From positions 49,636-113,635 of the forward strand of contig SVBG01000002.1 in the NCBI GenBank assembly GCA_015059015.1: a stretch of 64,000 nt of DNA, given 5' to 3'. This document shows, piece after piece, positions 39,745-49,778 of this stretch; positions within the stretch are counted from its first letter, which is position 1, and the number at the start of each line of letters is the position of its first letter. The stretch comes from Erysipelotrichaceae bacterium. GTDB lineage: Bacteria; Bacillota_I; Bacilli_A; ML615J-28; CAG-313. The position numbers and the translations under genes are program-made. A model generated the notes under the pieces. It was not told the origin of the DNA, did no database searches, and saw only the letters and a list, made by a program, of their open reading frames with translations.

Positions 39745-40644
39745 ATGAGCGAAATTTTACATATCGTACTACATTCATTAGAAGAAAGCTTAAAAGTATT
39801 TGTTGTTGCGCTTATTTTATATTTTATAATTAGTTTTGTTGAAGAACGTATTGCAAGAGGACTTGGAAAAAAGAATCGTTTTTCACCTTTAATTGCATCA
39901 GCATTAGGACTTGTACCTCAATGTGGATTCAGTGTTGTTGCATCAGACTTGTATGTGAAACGCCATATCACAATGGGAACTCTTATTGCATTATTTCTTG
40001 CATGTAGTGATGAAGCTTTACCAATTCTTTTATCACAAGCAACTAAAGAAAATGTATTAAGTATTATTTTAATCGTTGTGTTAAAATTTGTAATAGGTTT
40101 TGTAACTGGTTATGTTGTAGACTTTTTATTAACAAAACATAAACACGAAGTTCATGAACATCTAGAACATTGTCATAAAAGTTTTGAAGAAGAAGTTCAT
40201 ATTGGTTGTTGTAGTCATCCAATTGAAGGTGGTGATGAACACTCTAAAGTATATAAACACATACTTCATCCTTTAGTTCATTCTTTAAAAATTTTTGCAT
40301 ATGTTCTTGGTATTACTCTTTTATTTAATACATTAATTCATTATCTTGGTGAAGAAAATATTAATGAATTTTTACAAACAAATAAATACTTAGCACCATT
40401 ATTTTCATCTTTAATTGGTATTATTCCTAACTGTGCAGCAAGTGTTGCAATAACAAATGTATATCTATTAGGTGGACTTAGTTTTGGTGCTTGTATTTCA
40501 GGCCTTTGTATGAATGCAGGACTTGGACTTGTTTTCTTATTTAAACGTAAAACAAACATAAAAAATAGTTTTACAATTCTAGGTATTATGTTTGGAGTAA
40601 GTTTATTTGTTGGTTATTTAATTTGTTTTATTTCAGGATTTTAA
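39745..40644 (+). CDS. His-rich polytopic membrane protein, putative metal-ion transporter
   Basis: Overlaps the Fur-family gene's stop. Two internal repeats (LGLVPQCGFSVVAS and IGIIPNCAASVAIT). Cytoplasmic loop reads HKHEVHEHLEHCHKSFEEEVHIGCCSHPIEGGDEH. Confidence 0.5.
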   Translation: MSEILHIVLHSLEESLKVFVVALILYFIISFVEERIARGLGKKNRFSPLIASALGLVPQCGFSVVASDLYVKRHITMGTLIALFLACSDEALPILLSQATKENVLSIILIVVLKFVIGFVTGYVVDFLLTKHKHEVHEHLEHCHKSFEEEVHIGCCSHPIEGGDEHSKVYKHILHPLVHSLKIFAYVLGITLLFNTLIHYLGEENINEFLQTNKYLAPLFSSLIGIIPNCAASVAITNVYLLGGLSFGACISGLCMNAGLGLVFLFKRKTNIKNSFTILGIMFGVSLFVGYLICFISGF

Positions 40645-40648
40645 AAAA

Positions 40649-40680
40649 GCAGTACTTTGGTACTGCTATTTTATATATAT
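40649..40680. terminator. Bidirectional intrinsic terminator
   Basis: AGCAGTAC-tttg-GTACTGCT flanked by A-runs and T-runs. Confidence 0.65.
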
Positions 40681-41268
40681 AATTTTACCTGCTCGTTTAA
40701 TTAATCCATCATCTTCCATATTAGTAAGTTCTCTTGAAACTGATGGTCTTGGTATTGAAAGAATATTGGAAAGTGTTGTAACTGAGTCGATATATACGAT
40801 TTTATCTTTCTGATTTGATATTAAATAATACATAATTCTATCTCTAATATTTTTATGTGCAAGAAGTTTTGCTTGCTGTTTAATATTAATAGCTTCTTTA
40901 CATATAATTTCCATATATGCTTCTAAGAATGCTTTATTTGATGAAAGAAGTTTAATTAAATTAGATTTAGGAATATATGCTACTTTTGTTTTTCTTGAAG
41001 TAATACCTATACCTAAATAAGAGTCTTGACTTGAAAATATTAAAAATTGTCCAAAAAGATTATTTTCTTTTATTACTGTTATTATTTCTTCTTTAATATT
41101 ATATGTATATGTCTTAATTAGAATTTCACCTTCTAATACAATTCCTATACCATAGCATTTTGCTCCTTCATTAAATACTACTTGATTAGAATCATAATAT
41201 TTAAATCTTATATATTCTTTTATTTCTTGTTCTGTTAGTAAGTTAATAATGTTCATAATTTTCTCCAA
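40666..41268 (-). CDS. Crp/Fnr family transcriptional regulator
   Basis: cNMP-binding beta-barrel N-terminus plus C-terminal HTH (LSNILSIPRPSVSRELTNMEDDGLI). Confidence 0.75.
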   Translation of the reverse strand: MEKIMNIINLLTEQEIKEYIRFKYYDSNQVVFNEGAKCYGIGIVLEGEILIKTYTYNIKEEIITVIKENNLFGQFLIFSSQDSYLGIGITSRKTKVAYIPKSNLIKLLSSNKAFLEAYMEIICKEAINIKQQAKLLAHKNIRDRIMYYLISNQKDKIVYIDSVTTLSNILSIPRPSVSRELTNMEDDGLIKRAGKIIYIK

Positions 41269-41369
41269 AGTGTAACATTTGTTACAACATATTTATTTTA
41301 ACAAATGTATAATAAATATGCAAATAATTAGAAATAATAAATATAGAAAATAATAAGGAGATAAATATT

Positions 41370-42302
41370 ATGAAGAAAATTATTTTAAGTTTATTTATAT
41401 TTTTGTTAGGACTTGTTGTTACAAGTTGTACTATTACAAACGAAGATGGTGTTAAAGATGAACTATCAATTATTATGCCAACAGGAACTCCAGCATTAGC
41501 ACTTTCTGAATTTGCGATGACAAATGATTATGTTAAGGCAGAAGTTGTAGCAGGGAGTGATCCACTTGTTGCTGCGTTTACTTCAAAAAGTCACGATGTA
41601 ATTGTTGCTCCAGTAAACTTGGGTGCTAAAATGTATTCTGTATATCAAGAATATCTCCTATATAAAACATTCGTATGGGGTAATTTGTATCTTGCTAGTA
41701 AAGGAACTTTAAATTCATTTAAAGAACTTGATGGTAAAACAGTTGTAGCATTCGGTAAAAATTCTACACCTGATATTGTAATGCAAGCATTACTAAAATA
41801 CCATTCTGATATTAATGTAACTATTGAATATGTATCTGATGTATCTGAAGCTAATACTCTTCTTGCAAGTGGTAAAGCGGAAATTGTTGTTACAGCAGAA
41901 CCAGCTATTTCAAAATTAAAATCAAAATTTAATTTATCAATAATCGATTTACAAGACGAATGGGCTAAAATGACAGGAAACGAGTCTTATCCTCAAGCTG
42001 GAATTTTTGTAAGAAAAAGTATTACTGGTAAAAAATATATTAAAGATGCATTAAATGATATGAAAGAAGCAGTAATAAACGCAAACTTAAATCCGACAAA
42101 TTGTGCAAATCATGCTGTAAAGTTACATACATCATTTGAAACACTTGGTGTAGAAACACTAGTTAGTGCAATTCCTAATTGTCATTACCAAATTTTAGAA
42201 AGTGATAAAGAAGCAGTCAATTACTATTTACAAATGATGATCGATTTAGGTTTCTCTAAACAAATGGGAGGAAGTCTTCCTGTAGATGAATTCTACTATT
42301 AA
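41370..42302 (+). CDS. ABC-transporter substrate-binding lipoprotein (NMT1/aliphatic-sulfonate-like)
   Basis: Lipobox VTSC. 310 aa. Periplasmic-binding-protein-like pattern. Confidence 0.55.
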   Translation: MKKIILSLFIFLLGLVVTSCTITNEDGVKDELSIIMPTGTPALALSEFAMTNDYVKAEVVAGSDPLVAAFTSKSHDVIVAPVNLGAKMYSVYQEYLLYKTFVWGNLYLASKGTLNSFKELDGKTVVAFGKNSTPDIVMQALLKYHSDINVTIEYVSDVSEANTLLASGKAEIVVTAEPAISKLKSKFNLSIIDLQDEWAKMTGNESYPQAGIFVRKSITGKKYIKDALNDMKEAVINANLNPTNCANHAVKLHTSFETLGVETLVSAIPNCHYQILESDKEAVNYYLQMMIDLGFSKQMGGSLPVDEFYY

Positions 42303-43050
42303 AAAATATTCACTTGGAATTATATCTATTGTATCAATATTTCTTTTATGGCAAATTGTAGTAGTTATAAAAGATGATTCGTTTATATTTCCAAGTGTTC
42401 TTGAAATATTAAAAAGTTCTTTTAATATCATTATATCTAAAACTGATCTATTAATACTTAGTAATACACTATTTAAACTAATTATTGTAATTATAATATC
42501 ATTATTATTAGCATGTGTAGTTGCATTCATATATATAATATTCCCATCATCTATTTACTTTTTTAGACCAATTATTAATATCTTAAAAGCAGCACCATTT
42601 GCAGTTATATCAATTTATATCTTTTATGCTTTTTATGAAGCAAAAGAAATAGCTCCTGGTATTGTAACATTCCTAGTTGTTTTACCACTTTCATTTGAAG
42701 GTTTAATTGGTGCAATTGATAACATTGATAGAAACTTAACTGATGATTTAAAAATGTTAGAAATTAATACATTTAAAAAGTTTATCTATGTATATATCCC
42801 TATATGTGTACCATTTATTGTAACAACATTACTTCAATCATTTGGTCTTGGACTTAAGGTTATGATTATGAGTGAATTTATGTCTCAAGTAGATGGTACT
42901 GTTGGTGGAGCATTATTTAATATTAAATATAATTACGACTATGCATATCTATTAGGATGGTTAGTTATTATAATAACCATCGTATCTATTATTGATATGT
43001 TAATAAGAATAATTAGTAAACGTTCTAAAATCCTTTCTATTAGAAAATAA
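42286..43050 (+). CDS. ABC-transporter permease (binding-protein-dependent type); no ATPase gene adjacent
   Basis: 6 TM, 254 aa. Overlaps the binding-protein gene. Confidence 0.55.
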   Translation: MNSTIKKYSLGIISIVSIFLLWQIVVVIKDDSFIFPSVLEILKSSFNIIISKTDLLILSNTLFKLIIVIIISLLLACVVAFIYIIFPSSIYFFRPIINILKAAPFAVISIYIFYAFYEAKEIAPGIVTFLVVLPLSFEGLIGAIDNIDRNLTDDLKMLEINTFKKFIYVYIPICVPFIVTTLLQSFGLGLKVMIMSEFMSQVDGTVGGALFNIKYNYDYAYLLGWLVIIITIVSIIDMLIRIISKRSKILSIRK

Positions 43051-43082
43051 TATCCTATCTTTTTTGATAGGATATTTTTTTG
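43051..43082 (+). terminator. Intrinsic terminator
   Basis: TATCCTATC-ttttttg-GATAGGATA followed by TTTTTTTG. Confidence 0.65.
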
Positions 43083-43096
43083 AAATAAAATTCTTT

Positions 43097-43939
43097 TTAT
43101 ACTTCATTGTTATCTTTTTCTAATAATAGTTTTTTTAATGCAAGCATAATTTGATCATATTCAATAGATTGTGCGTATGCAAACTGTTTGCGGTATTTAT
43201 CCCACATACTCCTTAGTTCAGAACTTTCTGCAATATTATGCAAGATGGAAGGAATATCTGCAATTTGTTTTGTGGTACCTCGATGAGCGGCTGTTGAATT
43301 TAGTCCTTCCATAAATACTGCATGATCAAATTTTTGTGTAGTGCTTAATATATAAGTGTCGTAAAAGTCTCTTGGACGAGTATTAAATACACCACGGCGC
43401 AAGATTGTTTCAACTTTTTCTGCTAAGATTGTTTCAATATTATATGTCCAAAGTTCATATGATTTATTGTTGTCAAACATTTCTGAGAAACCATATTTAA
43501 TTGCATGTGGTGTAATAACATCTCCAGTGGATACATCAATACTAAGAGGTGTATTCATTGTATCAAATTTAGCGTTTAACATAATACGATAACCTCCGTA
43601 TGTGTCGTTTTCGCGGATAGGAGAAACAGTCATAATTTCAAATATAACACCATCGTTATAGTGAATACTACAAATATTTTCTATTGCACTACTAATAATT
43701 TCAGGTGTAAGAGGAAGATTTTTTAAAGTTGCATCCATATCCATTGTTGCTCTATTATTTAGTCCTACGATGGCAGCTACTAGTATTCCTCCTTTTAGCA
43801 CAAACTTATCTTTATATTTAGAATTAGAAAGACGAATAAGTAAACGCTCAAACATATAGTTATGTAAAATAACTTGTGCAGGAATATTTTTTTCTTTAGC
43901 AATATTTTTAATTTTAGCTTTTAAACTCATTGCATTCAT
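43097..43939 (-). CDS. AbiEii/AbiGii-family nucleotidyltransferase toxin (type IV TA / abortive infection)
   Basis: 280 aa. N-terminal KGGILVAAIVGLNNRATMDMD nucleotidyltransferase motif typical of DUF1814/AbiEii. Overlaps the upstream AbiEi gene by 1 nt. Confidence 0.7.
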   Translation of the reverse strand: MNAMSLKAKIKNIAKEKNIPAQVILHNYMFERLLIRLSNSKYKDKFVLKGGILVAAIVGLNNRATMDMDATLKNLPLTPEIISSAIENICSIHYNDGVIFEIMTVSPIRENDTYGGYRIMLNAKFDTMNTPLSIDVSTGDVITPHAIKYGFSEMFDNNKSYELWTYNIETILAEKVETILRRGVFNTRPRDFYDTYILSTTQKFDHAVFMEGLNSTAAHRGTTKQIADIPSILHNIAESSELRSMWDKYRKQFAYAQSIEYDQIMLALKKLLLEKDNNEV

Positions 43940-44532
43940 TATAAAAGAACCTCCAAATATTGATATAAAATTTTTGATATGCGCATTTTATTTGCGTAAG
44001 TACTTAATTTGTTTAAATCTTTTTTTGGATTTGCTACATACATTTTAAGAGCTGTTAAGAATGTTTCGGTTCCAAGTTTATTACGACTGCGAACTATATC
44101 ACAAATCGTGCGTTCTAAATCGTATGTAGGAACTTCATTTCCTGCAGGAGTTTTTAATGTAGTTTTTCCCATTTCAAATAGTTCATTCTTGATGTAATAC
44201 ACTTTGCATTCTTCTTTAATAGAGGTTGAAGGAATGCAATTTGACGGAGCAGTAATTGTGTGTTCAAAAGGAACACGATCACTTATTCCATGTAAATATA
44301 AGGCAGTTTCGTGTGAAAAAATTACTTTATTAGAACGGCTACTAATTGATAATAATTCATCAGGCATATCATCAGGCATAATGTATTGACCATTTGCAAT
44401 TCTATATATTTTTTCTTGTTTGCAAAGTTTATAAAGCATAGCTTTTGAAATTCCGTATTGTGCTGCAATTTTTGTTTTAATAATTCCACCATTTGTTTTT
44501 GCAATATAAGAAAGTTCAGAGATATAATTCAT
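43939..44532 (-). CDS. AbiEi-family antitoxin / transcriptional regulator
   Basis: 197 aa. N-terminal winged HTH (GIIKTKIAAQYGISKAMLYKLCKQEKIYRIANGQY), characteristic of AbiEi_4. Translationally coupled to AbiEii. Confidence 0.7.
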   Translation of the reverse strand: MNYISELSYIAKTNGGIIKTKIAAQYGISKAMLYKLCKQEKIYRIANGQYIMPDDMPDELLSISSRSNKVIFSHETALYLHGISDRVPFEHTITAPSNCIPSTSIKEECKVYYIKNELFEMGKTTLKTPAGNEVPTYDLERTICDIVRSRNKLGTETFLTALKMYVANPKKDLNKLSTYANKMRISKILYQYLEVLL

Positions 44533-44571
44533 ATTATCACCTCAATTATATTAGTTATTAATATTATATAC

Positions 44572-44642
44572 AAAATTATGATAAAAGTCAATAGTATTTG
44601 TTTACTTTTTTAAAATATTAATTTTAAAATTATGATAAAAGT
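44572..44642. promoter_or_regulatory. Two direct repeats (AAAATTATGATAAAAGT) 54 bp apart in the abiEi promoter region; candidate AbiEi operator
   Basis: Repeats read directly at 44572-44588 and 44626-44642. AbiEi proteins are known to autoregulate through paired repeats in their promoters. Confidence 0.35.
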
Positions 44643-44846
44643 AAACAAAAAATAAATTAATTTATAACAACAAGCATTAAATTTGAAAGTAATATAACTT
44701 ATTTGATATACTTTTTATAGATAAAATATATATATGTCACCGGAGAACAAGTGCCGTAGCACTAATTGTTGATTAGGTGTCGAGTGAGCTCGGATATTTT
44801 TGGTATATGCCATAAGTGTCCTTTTTTTATTTATTGGAGGTATAAA

Positions 44847-45401
44847 ATGATTATTGAAACTGAAAGATTAATATTAAGACCATTTGTAAAAAGTGATGCT
44901 AAAGATGTATTTGAATATTTAAAAGAACCACTTGTTAATTGTTTTGCGTGTATGAAATTAAATACATTAGATGATGCATATAAACTTATGGAAGAGCGTT
45001 CTAAAGATAAAGAATTAAGTTTCGCAATAGTATTAAAAAGTGAAAACAAAGTAATTGGTGAAGTAGAAGCACACCCTGAATCTAATAATCCAGAAGTAAG
45101 TAGTGTACTAGATACGTTTAGTCCTTGTTGGATGTTAAATAAAAATTATCATGGATTTGGATATGCTTATGAAGCAGTAAAATCATTCTTTGATTATTTG
45201 TTTAATGAACTTGGTGCAAGAAGAATATATGCTTATACTGAAGATTATAATATATCTAGTCAGAAATTATGTACAAAGCTTGGTATGAGATGTGAAGGGA
45301 AATTTTTAGAATTTGTATCTTTTGTAAACGATGAAGAAGGTAACCCTATATATGAAAATACTATGCAGTGGGCTATTTTAAAAAAAGAATGGAAAAATTA
45401 A
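44847..45401 (+). CDS. GNAT-family N-acetyltransferase (RimJ/RimL-like)
   Basis: MIIETERLILRPF N-terminus. GGAGG RBS 7 nt upstream. The ORF-track start at 44766 is a TTG lying in the leader. Confidence 0.75.
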   Translation: MIIETERLILRPFVKSDAKDVFEYLKEPLVNCFACMKLNTLDDAYKLMEERSKDKELSFAIVLKSENKVIGEVEAHPESNNPEVSSVLDTFSPCWMLNKNYHGFGYAYEAVKSFFDYLFNELGARRIYAYTEDYNISSQKLCTKLGMRCEGKFLEFVSFVNDEEGNPIYENTMQWAILKKEWKN

Positions 45402-45527
45402 TAATATTAACTATTTATTTGAAAAGATACCACTTAAGTGTTAAACTATATAACTAGTTGAGGTGGTAATCATGAATAAGTTAAGATAATTAAAAAGTAA
45501 AAAAGAAAATATAAAGGAGAAACAAAT

Positions 45528-47330
45528 ATGAAAAAAATACTTAAATGGGCAAAACCTTTCGTTTTTCTTTTTCTTGCTATATGTGCATTAACAATTATTG
45601 TTCCTGTTACATATTCATATGTTCCACAATTTATTAAATATATATTTGACAATGTACTAGATCAAAATGATGCTGTTAATACATTACCTAGTGTTTTAAT
45701 TAACTTCTTTAATAGTTTTGATCCAATGAAATGTATAATCGTAGTTGGAATATCACTTGTTATATTTCAAATATTACGAGGTGGATTAATGCTTTTAAAC
45801 GGTTATTTAAAAGGTTGTTATGCTGAAGGCATAGCACAAAATATGCGCAATAATTTATTTAAGCATATTGGTAATTTATCATTTAGTTATCATAATAATG
45901 TTGATAGTGGTGATTTAATTCAAAGATGTACATCTGATATTGAAACAATTAAAAGTTTCTTAAGTAATCAATTACCGCAGATATTATATATATTTGCTTC
46001 CTTAATATCTGGTGCTATTCAGATGGCTTCAATTAATGTAGGTATTATGCTTATTACATTTTGCGTAATCCCTATTAATTTTATCGCAAGTTTTATTTAC
46101 TTTAAATATGTAAGTCGCAAGTTTGATGAAATAGAAAAAGTTGAAGCAAATATGATTACATGTATAGAAGAAAATGTAAATGGTGCACGTGTAGTAAAAG
46201 CATTTGCAAGAGAAAAAGAAGAAATAGAAAAGTTTGATGAAAAAAATGTAAATTATAAAGACGAAGTAGAACACTTAAATAAAGCAATGGCCTACTTCTG
46301 GGGATTTAGTGATGGCATAACTATTTTACAATATGCTGTAACAATAGGTTATTGTATATTCCTTGCTGAGAAAAACTTAGTAGGTGTAGGTGATATTGTT
46401 GTATGTATAAGTTATATATCTATGCTTGTATATCCAATTAGATCACTTGGTAGAATCATTGGAGACTTTGGTAAATCAGTTGTAGCTGCAAAACGTGTTG
46501 ATGAAATCTTATCTAAAGACGATGAATATGTAATTAATGGTACTTTAAAACCAGAAATTAAGGGAAATATTTCTTTTGAAAACGTAAGTTTTAAGTTTGA
46601 TGATGCAGATAACGAGTTACTTAATAATGTCTCGTTTGATATAAAACAAGGTGAGACTATTGCTATTGTTGGTAAAACAGGGTGCGGAAAAAGTACTATT
46701 GTACATATTCTAGAAAGAATGTTAGAATATACAAGTGGTAGTATTTTAGTAGATGGAGTAGAACTAAAAAGTATTGATAAAAAACACTTAAGAAATAATA
46801 TTGGTATTGTTCTTCAAGATCCATTTCTTTATAATAAATCAATTATGGAAAATGTAAGAATATCATCACCTAGTAAATCAAAAGATGATGTTTATAAAGC
46901 AGCTAAAATGGCACATATTCATAATGATATTCTTAACTTTGATAAAAAGTATGAAACTTTAGTTGGAGAAAAAGGTGTAACATTATCGGGTGGTCAAAAA
47001 CAACGTCTTGCTATAGCGAGAATGCTTATTTTAAATAAGCCTGTTATAATATTTGATGATTCATTAAGTGCTGTTGATACTGAAACTGATGCTTCAATTA
47101 GAAATTCAATAAAAAAACATAGCACTGAAACTACTACTATAATTATTACACATCGTATTACAACTGCAAAAGAAGCTGATAAGATAATTGTTTTAGAAAA
47201 TGGTAGTGTTGCAGATATAGGAACACACGAAGAACTTGCCAGTCGTGATGGTTTATATGCTTCCCTTTGGAAGATTCAAGGAGCTTTAGAAGAAGAGTTC
47301 TTAAATCTTGTAGAAAAGGAGGTTAAGTAA
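45528..47330 (+). CDS. ABC exporter, fused permease/ATPase (ABCB-type), half 1
   Basis: 6 TM plus nucleotide-binding domain with Walker A GKTGCGKST, signature LSGGQKQR, Walker B IIFDDSLSAVD. Confidence 0.85.
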   Translation: MKKILKWAKPFVFLFLAICALTIIVPVTYSYVPQFIKYIFDNVLDQNDAVNTLPSVLINFFNSFDPMKCIIVVGISLVIFQILRGGLMLLNGYLKGCYAEGIAQNMRNNLFKHIGNLSFSYHNNVDSGDLIQRCTSDIETIKSFLSNQLPQILYIFASLISGAIQMASINVGIMLITFCVIPINFIASFIYFKYVSRKFDEIEKVEANMITCIEENVNGARVVKAFAREKEEIEKFDEKNVNYKDEVEHLNKAMAYFWGFSDGITILQYAVTIGYCIFLAEKNLVGVGDIVVCISYISMLVYPIRSLGRIIGDFGKSVVAAKRVDEILSKDDEYVINGTLKPEIKGNISFENVSFKFDDADNELLNNVSFDIKQGETIAIVGKTGCGKSTIVHILERMLEYTSGSILVDGVELKSIDKKHLRNNIGIVLQDPFLYNKSIMENVRISSPSKSKDDVYKAAKMAHIHNDILNFDKKYETLVGEKGVTLSGGQKQRLAIARMLILNKPVIIFDDSLSAVDTETDASIRNSIKKHSTETTTIIITHRITTAKEADKIIVLENGSVADIGTHEELASRDGLYASLWKIQGALEEEFLNLVEKEVK

Positions 47331-47331
47331 A

Positions 47332-49182
47332 ATGGATGAAGAATTAGAATATGAAGAACTAGATGATGAGCCTAAGAAATTATCGTCATCAGTTTGGAAG
47401 AAAATTATAAAACTTGTTTTAAAAAGAAAAAAGCATATTATTGTTATGCTCGCATCTATTATATTACTTGCTCTTTTAGATGTACTTACACCGCTTCTTA
47501 ATGCAGAAGTAATTAGAGTATTCTTTAGTGAAAATCCAGAATTCTCAAGAAAATGGTTTTTTATTGGTTTATATGTATTAGGTGCATTACTATATATGAT
47601 TACAATATACTTATTCTTACGTAATGCTGGTCATGTAGAAGTAGAAGTTGGTTACGAAATTAGAAAAGAAGCTTTTGAAAAGTTACAAGAATTACCTTTC
47701 TCATATTATGATAAAACTCCATCAGGATGGATAATGGCACGTCTTACAAGTGATTCAAGAAAATTATCTGAAATTATATCTTGGGGAATGGTAGATTTAT
47801 TCTGGAGTGTCTTTACAATGTTAGGAGTTTTAGTAATGATATATATTACTAATTGGAAATTAGCTTTAATTATTACTTGTATTACTCCTATTATGTTTAT
47901 TGTTTGTGTATATTTCACAAAGACTATTTTAGTTGCATATCGAAGTGTAAGAAAAACAAATTCTAAAATTACAGGTTGTTTTAATGAATCTATTCTTGGA
48001 GCCAAAACTACTAAAACACTTTGTTTAGAAGAATCACGTTACAATGAATTTAAAGTATTAACTCATTCAATGAAAAAAGACTCTCTTAAAGCAATATTTA
48101 GATCAAGTCTTTTCTGGCCAATAATTTTGATTATGGGATATATTGGAGTTTCGCTTACACTTGGTATTGGTGGTGGAGGAATACTTGGTTATATTGGAGG
48201 TATAGAAGTAACTGTTGAAGTATTATATCTATTTATAAACTACACAACATTATTCTTTGATCCAGTAATGCAAATAGCAAGAGTTCTATCAGATTTACAA
48301 CAAGCACAAGCAAGTGCCGAAAGAATTATTGATTTAATTGAAACAAAGGTTGATATTTATGATACTGATGAAGTAAAAGCGATTTATGGTACCTTTTTGA
48401 GCCCTAAACGTGAAAATTGGGAACCATTAGAAGGTAATGTCGAATTTAGAGATGTAACATTCTCTTATACACAAAAAGAAGTCGTATTAAAGAACTTTAA
48501 TCTAACCGTTAAAAAAGGAGAAACTGTAGCACTTGTTGGAACAACAGGTGCAGGTAAATCAACAATTATTAACCTTTTATGTAGATTCTATGAACCAACT
48601 AGTGGTGAGATTTTTATAGACTCTAAAAACTACAAAGAAAGAAGTATTAATCATCTTCATGAAAATCTAGGTTATGTACTTCAAACACCGCATCTTTTTA
48701 ATGGAACAATTAAAGAAAACGTTAGATATGGAAAAATAGATGCTACAGATGAAGAAATAATTGAAGCTTGTAAAAAAGCACAAGCACATGAGTTTATAAT
48801 ATCTTTAAAAGATGGTTATGATACAGTTGTTGGAGAAGGAGGATCAAAACTTTCCCTTGGTCAAAGACAACTTATCAGTTTTGCAAGAGCTATTATTAAA
48901 GATCCTAAAATATTAATTCTTGATGAAGCAACATCTTCAATTGATACTGAAACAGAAAAACTAATCCAAGGTGTAATGAAAGACTTTATGAAAGGCAGAA
49001 CGACATTTATAGTTGCACATAGATTATCTACAATTATTGATGCAGATAAAATACTTGTAATAAAAGATGGAGAAATTAAAGAATCAGGTACTCATAAAGA
49101 ACTTTTAAAACAAGAAGGAATCTATTATAATCTTTATAAAAAACAATTTATTAAAGAACAAATGGATAATTCAATTAAGTAA
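47332..49182 (+). CDS. ABC exporter, fused permease/ATPase, half 2 (heterodimer partner)
   Basis: Walker A GTTGAGKST, signature LSLGQRQL, Walker B ILILDEATSSID. Confidence 0.85.
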   Translation: MDEELEYEELDDEPKKLSSSVWKKIIKLVLKRKKHIIVMLASIILLALLDVLTPLLNAEVIRVFFSENPEFSRKWFFIGLYVLGALLYMITIYLFLRNAGHVEVEVGYEIRKEAFEKLQELPFSYYDKTPSGWIMARLTSDSRKLSEIISWGMVDLFWSVFTMLGVLVMIYITNWKLALIITCITPIMFIVCVYFTKTILVAYRSVRKTNSKITGCFNESILGAKTTKTLCLEESRYNEFKVLTHSMKKDSLKAIFRSSLFWPIILIMGYIGVSLTLGIGGGGILGYIGGIEVTVEVLYLFINYTTLFFDPVMQIARVLSDLQQAQASAERIIDLIETKVDIYDTDEVKAIYGTFLSPKRENWEPLEGNVEFRDVTFSYTQKEVVLKNFNLTVKKGETVALVGTTGAGKSTIINLLCRFYEPTSGEIFIDSKNYKERSINHLHENLGYVLQTPHLFNGTIKENVRYGKIDATDEEIIEACKKAQAHEFIISLKDGYDTVVGEGGSKLSLGQRQLISFARAIIKDPKILILDEATSSIDTETEKLIQGVMKDFMKGRTTFIVAHRLSTIIDADKILVIKDGEIKESGTHKELLKQEGIYYNLYKKQFIKEQMDNSIK

Positions 49183-49210
49183 TTAGAGGTTTCTCTAATT
49201 ACTTTTTTTC

Positions 49211-49239
49211 AAAAAAACGCTTGACAAAACACTCAATGA
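49211..49239 (+). promoter_or_regulatory. Consensus sigma-A promoter TTGACA-N17-TATAAT for the HTH-MNT/HepT operon
   Basis: Perfect hexamers read directly. Confidence 0.6.
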
Positions 49240-49268
49240 GTGATATAATGTTAATGGAGGATAGATAT

Positions 49269-49778
49269 ATGTCATCTATATTAAAACAAGTTCGATTAAA
49301 TTTAAATCTTACTCAAAAAGAAGCCAGCTCATATTTAGGTATCCCCTTAAGAACATTTCAGAATTGGGAAGAAGGGGCAAGGGTTCCAGCTGAATGGACA
49401 ATTGATTTGGTTGTAGATGAACTGTTAAATTATTATAAAGAACAAGAAATTAAAGACAAGGGCGGGGTTTATTCATTTACAATGATTAAAAAAAAATTAG
49501 GAGGTGTTGTTAATAAATATGATATATCAAAAATTATTTTATTCGGTTCTTACGCAAAAGGATGTGCTAAACCAACAAGTGATATCGATTTAGTTGTTAC
49601 AACTTCACTTAAGGGATTAGCGTTTTATGGACTTGCTCAAGATTTAGAAGAATTATTTAATAGAGAAATTGATTTAATTAGAGATACATCAATTATCAAA
49701 GACTCCAAAGTAGATTTAGAAATAAGAAAAACGGGGATAGTAATTTATGAAAGAAAAAAATTTAACAAAAATAGTTGA
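49269..49778 (+). CDS. HTH(XRE)-fused nucleotidyltransferase (MNT-type antitoxin of a HepT/MNT type VII TA pair)
   Basis: N-terminal HTH (LNLTQKEASSYLGIPLRTFQNWEEG) plus minimal nucleotidyltransferase motif ILFGSYAKGCAKPTSDIDLVV. GGAGGA RBS before the ATG at 49269. Confidence 0.7.
   Translation: MSSILKQVRLNLNLTQKEASSYLGIPLRTFQNWEEGARVPAEWTIDLVVDELLNYYKEQEIKDKGGVYSFTMIKKKLGGVVNKYDISKIILFGSYAKGCAKPTSDIDLVVTTSLKGLAFYGLAQDLEELFNREIDLIRDTSIIKDSKVDLEIRKTGIVIYERKKFNKNS

Noticed and set aside
44700-44846. Possible structured leader or terminator (CGAGTGAGCTCG hairpin, T-run before the GNAT RBS) upstream of the GNAT gene
   Set aside because: No convincing stable stem or riboswitch consensus identified; left unannotated.
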